Below, piece by piece: positions 1 through 8,700 of a stretch of 64,000 nt of DNA. The position numbers and the translations under genes are program-made. Below the pieces are notes generated by a model. That model saw only the letters and a list, made by a program, of their open reading frames with translations. It was not told where the DNA came from and ran no database searches. Positions within the stretch are counted from its first letter, which is position 1; each line of letters starts with the position of its first letter. The DNA comes from an uncultured virus (IMG/VR IMGVR_UViG_3300049828_000286) (Duplodnaviria; Heunggongvirae; Uroviricota; Caudoviricetes): IMG/VR virus record IMGVR_UViG_3300049828_000286. One strand, 5' to 3'.

Positions 1-1
1 C

Positions 2-583
2 ACGGCCAAGCTTGCGGAACTCGAGAAGGCGCAGGAGAAGGCACACGAGAAGCCGGACAGCGAGAAGACCGACAAGGAAAAGAAGGCCGAGGATGCTCGC
101 GATGCGGAAATTGCTAGGTTGTCCGCAAAGGTTGACGAGTACAAGTCGGTCGCTGAGCAGCTAAAGGCTGACAAGGAAAAGGCGGTCAAAGACTTACAGT
201 CAGTGTCGCAGCAGACCACGAACAACCGTCGTAAGGACGCGTTCCTGGATGCCGCAAAGGACATTAGCTTCTTTGACCCACTCGAAGTATACAGCCTCGT
301 AGGCGACCAGATTGCCGTTGATGAGAACGGCCAGATCTTCGTCAAGAACCTTCGAACTGGTGAGGCCCGCCTGAATGGCAGCCTCGAACCCATGACGGTG
401 AAGGAGCTCCTGGTGGAGTTTCGTAAGGCTAAGCCGTACATGGTGCGTGCAACAGATGCTTCTGGTGGTACTGGGACTCAGGCTAGCGAAAAGACTGAGG
501 TTCGCACACCGAAGACCAAGGATGTCTCTAAGATGACAGCCGAGGAATTCGAGCAGTACCGCAACGATCTCCTCTCTCAATAA
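2..583 (+). CDS. Capsid scaffolding protein (5' truncated by window edge)
   Basis: The frame is open from base 2 (TAKLAELEKAQEK...). The protein is charged and coiled-coil-like, ends ...SKMTAEEFEQYR, and lies directly upstream of the major capsid gene. Confidence 0.7.
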   Translation, partial: TAKLAELEKAQEKAHEKPDSEKTDKEKKAEDARDAEIARLSAKVDEYKSVAEQLKADKEKAVKDLQSVSQQTTNNRRKDAFLDAAKDISFFDPLEVYSLVGDQIAVDENGQIFVKNLRTGEARLNGSLEPMTVKELLVEFRKAKPYMVRATDASGGTGTQASEKTEVRTPKTKDVSKMTAEEFEQYRNDLLSQ

Positions 584-714
584 CCACCCCCTCTTCCGAA
601 CGAAGGAAGAGTACGAGGCGTGGCCCTCCACATACTGGCGCATAGCTATACCAATCCGGGTTATCGCCAGATACAACCCTCTTCTTCTCTTCCCTCATTC
701 GAGGTATATACAAC

Positions 715-1707
715 GTGGCTACTAATGTCGTCCTTGGTTCGGGTCATCCGAATTATAACGCTTCTGGCTCTGAGCTCACTCTTGAGCAGCGCACTTTCTA
801 CAACCGCAATCTCCTGAGCCGGCTCCTGCCGATGCTCGTCTACACGCTGTTTGGCGTGCCGAAGCCGATGCCGGCTAACTCTGGCCAGACCGTGCAGTTT
901 CGTCGGTTTGTCAGCCTGGCTATTCCCGGTAGTCCGCTTGTTGAAGGCGTGACGCCGTCCAGCACCAACCTGTCGATGACCTCGCTCTCCGCGACTCCTC
1001 AGCAGGAAGGCGCGTTCATCGAGATCTCGGACCTGGTCGATCTGACCGCTCCGGATCCGGTCCTGATTGAGGCTGGTGCGCTCCTTGGTGAGCAGGCTGC
1101 CCTCCTGATTGACTCCCGTGTGCGTGACGTCCTGGTCGCAGGAACCAACGTACAGTACGCCGGTACTGGCAACGCCGCTCGTGGCGACGTGGCTGCTGGC
1201 GACATCGTGACGGCAACGGACTTCCGCAAGGCGGTTCGGACCCTTCAGAACAACAAGGTGGCCAAGCTGACCTCCATTGTGAATGCCAGCACGGGTGTCG
1301 GTACGCAGCCCATCCCGGCATGCTACGTGGCGATCATCGGACCATCGACCCACTTCGATCTCAAGGGGATCGCTGGGTTCGTTCCTGTCCATGAGTATGG
1401 TTCAACCGCTGGCATGCTGCCAGGCGAGGTTGGTCAGCTCGAGGACATCCGCTTCGTCCTCACGCACAACGCCAAGGTCTTCACTGGTGCAGGTACGGCC
1501 GGCGCAGACGTCTACGCGACACTGATCCTTGGTCAGGGTGCATTCGGTGTCATCGCGCCATCTGGTGTCGAGAACATCGTCAAGCCGTTCGGTGCTGGTA
1601 ACGACCCACTCAACCAGCGCATGACGACTGGTTGGAAGGCGTACTTCACGGCTGTCCGTCTGGAAGAGGCCGCGATTCTACGTCTCGAGCACGCTGTCTC
1701 TGCCTAA
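715..1707 (+). CDS. Major capsid protein, N4-gp56 family
   Basis: 330 aa with family-like motifs TFYNRNLL, PMPANSGQTVQFRR, GEVGQLEDIRFV and DPLNQRMTTGWKA. GAGG lies upstream of the GTG start. Confidence 0.9.
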   Translation: MATNVVLGSGHPNYNASGSELTLEQRTFYNRNLLSRLLPMLVYTLFGVPKPMPANSGQTVQFRRFVSLAIPGSPLVEGVTPSSTNLSMTSLSATPQQEGAFIEISDLVDLTAPDPVLIEAGALLGEQAALLIDSRVRDVLVAGTNVQYAGTGNAARGDVAAGDIVTATDFRKAVRTLQNNKVAKLTSIVNASTGVGTQPIPACYVAIIGPSTHFDLKGIAGFVPVHEYGSTAGMLPGEVGQLEDIRFVLTHNAKVFTGAGTAGADVYATLILGQGAFGVIAPSGVENIVKPFGAGNDPLNQRMTTGWKAYFTAVRLEEAAILRLEHAVSA

Positions 1708-1728
1708 TTCCTAGGCACACATTAGTAC

Positions 1729-1764
1729 TGGAGGCCTCCTTCGTGGGGCCTCCACTTTCCTTTT
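1729..1764 (+). terminator. Intrinsic terminator after the capsid gene
   Basis: Stem TGGAGGCCTC/GGGGCCTCCA with a TTCG-containing loop, followed by CTTTCCTTTT. Confidence 0.75.
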
Positions 1765-1781
1765 GATTGGATAGACAACTC

Positions 1782-2075
1782 ATGGCAAAGAACGAAGACC
1801 TTCAGGACGCTCCTGAGCAGTTTCAGGCTCCGGCTCCGAAGATGAAGACGCCGAAGGGCTCAGCGGTGCAAGCGCTGGATACTGATGCATTTGATACAGG
1901 CCGACTCCTGGCACGTGGCCCCAAGCGAGAGATTAGTCTCATGGCTGGCGGCCCAAGTGAACCAAAGACCGTCCCAGTCATTATCAACGGCTACCGCTAC
2001 GAGGTACAGCGAGGCGTAGACGTCGAAGTGCCTGAGCAAGTCGCTATTCTTCTTCGAGACGCCGGCTACCGGTAA
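1782..2075 (+). CDS. Small head-associated hypothetical protein
   Basis: ORF between the capsid and adaptor genes. C-terminal VIINGYRYEVQRGVDVEVPEQVA resembles small proteins that follow N4-gp56-type capsid genes. The ATG at 1782 was chosen as start. Confidence 0.6.
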   Translation: MAKNEDLQDAPEQFQAPAPKMKTPKGSAVQALDTDAFDTGRLLARGPKREISLMAGGPSEPKTVPVIINGYRYEVQRGVDVEVPEQVAILLRDAGYR

Positions 2076-2084
2076 GGACGACTC

Positions 2085-2675
2085 ATGGCGCTGATTACCA
2101 CAGTTGGAGGCACGACCAGTGATAGCTATGTGAGTGTGGCAGAGTCCAATACGTACTTTGCGAACCACTACAGCCTATCGAAGTCTACGCTGTGGGATAC
2201 CCTCGAGACAGCACAGAAGGAGCGCCTCCTTCGAACCTCCTGTCTCTTTGTGGATCAGGTACGCGTACTCGATGACACTGTTGCATCTGGTGCGCTTGTC
2301 TCTGCTCTCGTGGATGCCACGAAGCTGAGCGAGATTACGATTCACAAGCTGAACTCTGGGCAGCGCCTACAGTTTCCACGCAACCTTGATCATGTTGACG
2401 AGGTTGGCTATATCCCAGACGCGATTAAGGTCGCTCAGTTCGAGCAGGCGATTTACCTGCTCTCCATGGACGACGGCCCTGTGTCTGCGCAGTTCCTTGG
2501 AGTGGTTGAAGAGCGCACAAAGGTGGGCTCCATTGAGGTCATGCAGCGGTTCGGCTCGTCTCGTACAGGGTCAGGTACGACCGTGTCTCCACTCTCCCAG
2601 ACGCTCCTCTCGCCAATTACGGTTGACCTCATGAAACCGTTCATTCGGCCACAGCGTCGGATTCGCCGCTCCTAA
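2085..2675 (+). CDS. Head-tail adaptor (DnaT-like domain family)
   Basis: Motifs SDSYVSVAESNTYF, QRLQFPR and IPDAIKVAQFEQA. Position after the capsid gene, with an AAGGA RBS. Confidence 0.7.
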   Translation: MALITTVGGTTSDSYVSVAESNTYFANHYSLSKSTLWDTLETAQKERLLRTSCLFVDQVRVLDDTVASGALVSALVDATKLSEITIHKLNSGQRLQFPRNLDHVDEVGYIPDAIKVAQFEQAIYLLSMDDGPVSAQFLGVVEERTKVGSIEVMQRFGSSRTGSGTTVSPLSQTLLSPITVDLMKPFIRPQRRIRRS

Positions 2676-2676
2676 G

Positions 2677-2701
2677 CCGGCACACTGTGCCAGTCTGACA
2701 T
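2677..2701 (+). repeat. Dispersed 25-bp element, copy 1
   Basis: CCGGCACACTGTGCCAGTCTGACAT, between the stop at 2675 and the ATG at 2700. Confidence 0.9.
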
Positions 2702-3086
2702 GCCCACCGGTTCCTCTATACGGGCCAAGATTGCCCGCACGCTTGAGAAGCTGAATGCCACTGGCAGGCCGGTGTACTGGCGCGTGGTGACGACGACCGG
2801 TGGTAATCCGATTCTAGGTATCCACGGCACGACAACGACGGTGGACACGCTGATTAGTCCACAGCCTGCCGTCGACAAGGTACCCACAGAGCAAGTGGTC
2901 AGTTCTGGTGGGCGGCTCCAAATTGGCGACTATCGGCTGACCTTCGATGGCACCGTGTCGGAAACCTATTTTGCCACACGGCTCCTGGTCTACGGGTCAT
3001 CTGTACTGAAGATCGTCTCTGTCGACCCATTCGCCATCTATGGAACCATTGTGGCCTATGAGGTCATTGCCAGGGAGGTCGTGTAA
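2700..3086 (+). CDS. Putative head-closure / head-tail joining protein
   Basis: 128 aa, beta-rich, with GRLQIGDYRL and LKIVSVDP. Called mainly on synteny. Confidence 0.55.
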   Translation: MPTGSSIRAKIARTLEKLNATGRPVYWRVVTTTGGNPILGIHGTTTTVDTLISPQPAVDKVPTEQVVSSGGRLQIGDYRLTFDGTVSETYFATRLLVYGSSVLKIVSVDPFAIYGTIVAYEVIAREVV

Positions 3087-3505
3087 TGACATTGTCGGAC
3101 AGCTTCATTACATTCCTCAATGCACAGCTCCAGGGTGACCCACCGGTCAAGTGGCTCCGCGCCACAAAGACTGACGCCAGTAGTGCCGTTCTTCAGCATG
3201 ACGCCTGCAATGTTAAGGTCCTTGGCTATTACGACCAGGGCCCACTAGAAGAAGGACTTCTGTCAGTGGACGTGCTTGGCAGCGATGAGCGGCAGGCGAT
3301 GGAATGGTGCCGGCGCATTAAGGACATCATGTCAGCCGAGACCACACCAGAGTACGACTTCAGTGGCCCAGCTCCACAGCACACTGGCCGCAATATCCAT
3401 TGGGACTGCGAAGACCTCAATTGGCAGCTAGTCCGCTCGGCCAATTCGTACGTGCATTACAACATGACCTTCATGGTGAGGCACGGAAACCCCGTCAGTC
3501 ACTAG
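3086..3505 (+). CDS. Putative tail terminator/completion protein
   Basis: 139 aa, TAATG-coupled, immediately before the tail tube gene. Synteny only. Confidence 0.45.
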   Translation: MTLSDSFITFLNAQLQGDPPVKWLRATKTDASSAVLQHDACNVKVLGYYDQGPLEEGLLSVDVLGSDERQAMEWCRRIKDIMSAETTPEYDFSGPAPQHTGRNIHWDCEDLNWQLVRSANSYVHYNMTFMVRHGNPVSH

Positions 3506-3511
3506 CTAGCA

Positions 3512-3520
3512 TGGTATAAT
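3512..3520 (+). promoter_or_regulatory. Extended -10 promoter (TGGTATAAT) for the tail operon
   Basis: Perfect TGnTATAAT in the intergenic gap upstream of the tail tube gene. Confidence 0.65.
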
Positions 3521-3639
3521 TAGTATAGGAGTCAGCCTAAGTTTGGGCCGTCACTCCGAACCTTTCTCGTGCCTCTTCGGCGCGAATTCCCCACACAGTT
3601 TGCGGCATTTTACCTCATGCGCCGCCGAGTGTCATAATC

Positions 3640-4206
3640 ATGCCAAGTAACAAGAATACCGTCCAGACTCCCAAGTCTGGCAATACGACTCGAGCGGTAC
3701 TCGCTGAGCGCGTGTATGTCGCGCCAGTTGGTACCTCATATCCCGATCCGACGAAGCTTAACGGAACCGATCCGGCAGCTCCGTGGGTGGACCTTGGCAT
3801 TGTCATGAACAGCCAGGTTCAGCTTGCCTATACCAAGGAGACGAAGTACGTCGAGACTGGTATTGAGAAGGTACGTCGTGGTGCCTACATCACGCAGAAG
3901 ACGGCGAATGCTCAGTTCACCCTCGAGCAGTACGACATGGGTGTCCTCGAGGCCATCTCTGGCATCGCGTCGACCAGCATCACTGGCGGTAAGAAGATGA
4001 CTGTTGGTCTTGACGACCTCGTCGAAAAGATGATGCTGTTCGTTGGCACCAACAAGTTCGACGGCAAGGAGTATCATCACCTTGCAAAGCGTGGCGTGAT
4101 CACCTGGAACGCCCAGCAGAACGATGACTACCGTGTCATTCAGGTAAGCGCAGAGCTCTACCTCGACGACACGGACGGGTTCTTCAAGTTGTTCGTACTT
4201 GACTAA
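3640..4206 (+). CDS. Major tail (tube) protein
   Basis: 188 aa with VYVAPVGT...WVDLG typical of siphovirus tube proteins. Strongly biased codons, followed by a hairpin and the chaperone gene. Confidence 0.75.
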   Translation: MPSNKNTVQTPKSGNTTRAVLAERVYVAPVGTSYPDPTKLNGTDPAAPWVDLGIVMNSQVQLAYTKETKYVETGIEKVRRGAYITQKTANAQFTLEQYDMGVLEAISGIASTSITGGKKMTVGLDDLVEKMMLFVGTNKFDGKEYHHLAKRGVITWNAQQNDDYRVIQVSAELYLDDTDGFFKLFVLD

Positions 4207-4227
4207 TCCCTAAGTCGTTAACAAATA

Positions 4228-4263
4228 AGCCACTTAGGGGTGTCATGCCTCTAAGTGGCTCTT
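4228..4263 (+). terminator. Hairpin/terminator after the tail tube gene
   Basis: Long stem AGCCACTTAGGGG/CCTCTAAGTGGCT with a weak T tract. Confidence 0.6.
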
Positions 4264-4310
4264 CGCGTATATATGGACCTCTCTGGCAAGAGACATAGGA
4301 GCAATGTGCA

Positions 4311-4856
4311 ATGAGTGAAACCGTGGTCGCGATGACCCCAGAACTGCGTGAGCAAGTACACAACGCCATTCGTAATGAGCATGGCGCGACCTTTTGGATT
4401 GGCGATAAGGCGAAGGGTGGTCGCGAGTTCCCAATCAAAGACCTCAGCTACGACGACTATATGGAGTTTCTCGAGTTGTCCAGGCCCATCATCCAGGCTG
4501 TCGTGGAGATGGTGAAGGTCGAAGACAATGGCACGCCGAACGGGGCCATCACTGCAGATATGGCCAATCTCAGTATTGATACGATTGTTGGGCTGGCCGG
4601 AAAGAATCTGCCACGCATGGCCTGGATCTGCGCCCGTCAGTCTGACCCGCTAATCACTGAGGATGAGGTCAAGCGGCTCGCTCGCAGGCCGTTTCACCTG
4701 GTCCCGCCGATCATTGCCCAGGTCAAGCACAACGAGCTGGCCAAGGAGATCATGGATTTTTTTCTGACTGCCCCGGCCCTGGTGACAGAGATGATTCCGG
4801 ATCTCGGGGCGATCCCGATCCACGATTTGGTGTCGACGACAAAGGCAACCCGCTAA
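4311..4856 (+). CDS. Tail assembly chaperone (gpG-like)
   Basis: Lies between the tube and tape measure genes and contains a slippery T7 run at 4757-4763. Confidence 0.75.
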   Translation: MSETVVAMTPELREQVHNAIRNEHGATFWIGDKAKGGREFPIKDLSYDDYMEFLELSRPIIQAVVEMVKVEDNGTPNGAITADMANLSIDTIVGLAGKNLPRMAWICARQSDPLITEDEVKRLARRPFHLVPPIIAQVKHNELAKEIMDFFLTAPALVTEMIPDLGAIPIHDLVSTTKATR

Positions 4857-5134
4857 TCTACATTGACTCCCTGGCCCAGACCTATCACTGGTCCATGCAA
4901 GATTGTCTCAAGATCACACTGCCACAAGTCATCCTGTTGAATCACGCCTCGCAAGTCAACAGGTCCCGCCTCGATAAGAAGCTTGATCACTACCGCAGGA
5001 CCAATACTGGTTCGATGGAGGACCAGATGGAAGCGGCCATGAATCCTGAAGGCTCGCAGGCCCTCTACAAGGGTAAGCGTCTCGATCAGCTGACCACCGA
5101 GGAGTACGTGGACTATATGAACCAGCCATTCTAA
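4757..5134 (+). CDS. Tail assembly chaperone -1 frameshift extension (gpGT-like)
   Basis: The -1 frame is open from T TTT TTT (4757-4763) to TAA at 5134 and encodes ...IDSLAQTYHWSMQDCLKITLPQV... Confidence 0.75.
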   Translation, partial: FFSDCPGPGDRDDSGSRGDPDPRFGVDDKGNPLIYIDSLAQTYHWSMQDCLKITLPQVILLNHASQVNRSRLDKKLDHYRRTNTGSMEDQMEAAMNPEGSQALYKGKRLDQLTTEEYVDYMNQPF

Positions 5135-5799
5135 TGCCCAAAGCCAGGATGCTCCGTGCGAATCGAAAGTCCCTTATTGCAGAAGACCTACGGGCCATGC
5201 TGCGAGACTGGGACGTCGATCCTGCCGGCCTCCAGGTTGCGCTGACCATTGACAGCGGGCATGACTACTGGTGGTTCTTGGAGTATGGCACTGGTCAGTA
5301 CTTCGGGCAGGAGGGATACCCAGACGGCGAGCTGACGCCACCCTCATCAGCTCAGGGCCGCAGTCCAAGCGGTGGTCCTTACGAGATTAAGCCAGTCAAC
5401 AAGAAGTTCCTGCGATTCGTGAACCGCAATAGCCAGAACGTTCCACGATGGAATGAGCTACCAGGCGAGCTCGTGTTCTCAAAGGGCGTGGTACACCCTG
5501 GTATTCCTGCCCAGGGCTTTGTGCGTCGTGCAATGGCCGCCATGGACCTTCGTCTCCTTCGTCGCCTGTCTGAGCTCGACGAGGACGATACACTGCCAAC
5601 ACGTTCAGAGGTCATTGAGGTGCTGAACGAAGAAGTGCAGTACATGCTCTATGACGTGCAGGCCTCTGTGCCTGAGTCCGCTGACTACTTCCAGGGGAAC
5701 CCTCTCCTGGATCCTGACTATCTCCCTGAGGACCTAGACGACGAGATCGTGGTGAATAGCCACCTTCGCGATGCGTTCGATGTGAGGCTTGCGCGCTAA
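5134..5799 (+). CDS. HK97 gp10-like neck/tail-completion protein
   Basis: YWWFLEYGTG and HPGIPAQGFVRRA motifs. Confidence 0.6.
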   Translation: MPKARMLRANRKSLIAEDLRAMLRDWDVDPAGLQVALTIDSGHDYWWFLEYGTGQYFGQEGYPDGELTPPSSAQGRSPSGGPYEIKPVNKKFLRFVNRNSQNVPRWNELPGELVFSKGVVHPGIPAQGFVRRAMAAMDLRLLRRLSELDEDDTLPTRSEVIEVLNEEVQYMLYDVQASVPESADYFQGNPLLDPDYLPEDLDDEIVVNSHLRDAFDVRLAR

Positions 5800-8700
5800 T
5801 GGCAAAGAAGAACGAGGTCTATCAACTCTCGCTCGATATCAGAGACTATGTGAAGGCCCTCGCGGATGCCGTGAAGGCCTTTTCGCGTTTTGAGCAGGAG
5901 ATTGGTAAGCAGATCTCGCTTCGTGTCAACATCGACCAGGACAGCATTAACCGCATGGCGCAGGCCATGGGGCGTGGTGTCAAGACTGCCGTCGATGAGT
6001 CGACAAAGGTAGCTACACAGGCAGCTCAGAAGTCCATGCAGGGCGTGGTGGCAGAGACCACGAAGGCCTCGCAGCAGATTGCCGCAGTCACTAAGAAGTC
6101 TCATCAGGAGATTCTCAAGGAAGCCGAGAAGATCGCCGCTGAGCGAAGGTCCATCGCTGCGAAGACCGTGAAGGATCATGAGTCCGCTGAGGACAAGATT
6201 CTTGCTGCCACAAAGGCGAAGCTGGCAAGCGTCCAGAAAGAGGTTGAGAAGGCTGATAAGCTGTACGCTTCTATTCGTAAGAAGAGGGACCTTGAGGCAA
6301 GTCGTCAGGCTGGACTTCCTGAAGACAAACAGAACAATTCCAAGTGGGCCGAACTACTTAGCCAAGAGCAGGCGGCTAAGCAGGTTAAGTTCGCCAGGCT
6401 AATAGAAGGCGATGAGATTCGCAAGCAACTGGAAGCCCAGGAACAGGCCCAGATTCTCGCTAAGTCCAAGGATCGGATTGAGAGCGTAGCGAAGGCGCGG
6501 ACGGCTGCCTATGCCGAAGAGAAGCGCCGCAATACTGAACATGCCGCCCAGGTGAAGCAAATCGCCCTGGAGCTCGAGCAGGCCCAGATTGCCAGCATTG
6601 ACCGTGTGTCAGAGGCAAACCAGAAGGCCCATGCGGAAGAGCGTGCGGCCAATACCAAGCTGTCAGCTGAGCGAGCTAAACAGGCGGATCAGACTGTCAA
6701 GGAGAACGAGAAGGCCGCGCTAAAGGTGCGAGCCGTCTGGACGAATGCCCTTGGCGATGATGTCTTCGACCAGATTAGCCCGAAGATTGCGGCCAAGGCG
6801 AGACGCATGGCCCGCGACCTGGAAACCAAGTTGCGTGTGGCCGGTGTCGATCCGCGCAACGTCCAGCGGACCCTACGCGCCCAGGGTGGCTACGACCCCT
6901 TCAAGATCGATGATGATGGCAAGTACGCCATTGAGCCATCTGCGCTCCTAGCGAAGGTTGGTGAGAACAATAAGGGGAAGGCCAAGTATGACATTGACAC
7001 TATGCGTGTCGGTGACTTTAGAGACAGCATTCGGCTAGCCGGAGAGAACCAGAAGGCTCATGAGCTATCCACGAAGGCTATTCTAAAGAACGAGCAGGAT
7101 GCCTATACAAAGACAAAATCCCTTCTAAATGAACTGGCTAGGGAGAACAAAGCAGCTGCCGACAAGAAGCTTGAGCATGTTAATCGTGTTCATAAGGCAG
7201 AGGTCGCCGCATACGAAGAGAACAAGAATCTCGCTAACAAAGAGAAGACCACAGCAGAGAAGCACCTTCAGAATCTCGCAGCGTGGCGTAGTGGCTACAA
7301 CAAGGCAGAGAGAGCGGCTTATGCATACGACAGCCGAAGAGACAAGGCCATTAGTGATAAGGCTATGTCTATTGGCAGGTCTGAGGTGTCTGCATATGCT
7401 GAAGACCGCAATAGGGTTATGGACGCCGAGAAGGAACAGGCGGCCATTGAGCTTGCTGCTCGTAGTCGTATTAATAGCGTTCAGAAGGCAGAAGTCCAGG
7501 CATACGCAGAAGCTAAGCGTAGGAGAGATGAGTTCTATAGGGCCGAGGTTGCCGCATACGACATTCTGAAAAATCGTATTGACGACGTGCGGAAGGCAGA
7601 GGTATCAGCCTACGCCGAGCAAAAGCGTAGAACTGCCAAGCTAGAGAAAGCTGAAGTGTCTGCCTATGGCACAGAGAAGAACAGAGTCACTAGCGTTCAG
7701 AAGTCGGAAGTCGATGCGTATAAGGAGCGAGACGCCAGGCTGAAGAATCAGCGAGACACCTGGATGAGGGCAGTTGACATTGTAAAGGATGTCAATGCTC
7801 GCGTGCAGGCGGCCGGAGGTGTGTCTGACTTTATCAAGCAGGAAGACATTGTCGAGCTTGACCAATACACCGGTAAGTTGCGCATCCTGAGTGACGTGGT
7901 GAAGCAGGCCCAGCGTGACATGAGGGCGATGGAGCGAGCGAAGTCTCGAGACCTCCAGGGCGCTCTCTATGGCGACGAGGCGATTCGACGTGCTGACAAG
8001 GCTGCCTTTGTTACCAATGCTCGCTACCAGGACGCAGGCATCAATAGAACAGTCAAGCGTGACCAGTTCATTGAGCAGAACGCGGTAAGTGGCGATCTCC
8101 AGTTCTCGTTTCTCAAGGAGGCCGAGGCTCGTGTCGCAGCGACTAGGGAGATTAACGCATCCAGGCTGGCTCAGCGACAGCTAAATAAGGATATGGCGCA
8201 GTCAGAGAAGCTCGTGACTGGCTTCGGTCGTGGCTGGAAGGACACCGGTACACAGATTGCTGAGTCTGCTGTACGCCTGGCGAAGTTCTACCTTATCTTC
8301 CGTGGCGTTGGAGAGGCCTTCAGGCTTGTCGAGCGTTCTGTATCTGCGGTTATCCGTGGTGGCCTTGAGTTCATTCGCATCTCAGAACTACAGCGTCTTG
8401 GTGTCCAGGGTATCCTGGCAGAGAACTATAAGGTCATTGATGCCTATGGCGACACTGTAAAGCCAGCAGAGTCACTAGCTCTCTTACAGACGCAGGCCAG
8501 GAAGGAATGGGAGCGCATGCAGGAGTCGGCCCTCGCAGTCGTAGGTACGACTGAGGACCTGATGTCGCTGTATGTAGGTATTCTTCCGCACGCAGCCAAA
8601 CTTGAACAGTCCACAGAGGCTGTCCAGGACATGGTGAAGTCAACGGCCATCGCGGCAAGTCTGATGGATATCAGCTTCCAGGATGCTCGTTCCGCTATCG

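Noticed and set aside
661..1392. 243-aa - strand ORF antisense to the capsid gene
   Set aside because: Codon-bias shadow with no RBS or recognisable domain.
1714..1720. GGCACAC half-site after the capsid stop codon
   Set aside because: Only 7 bp match and the second palindrome arm is missing.
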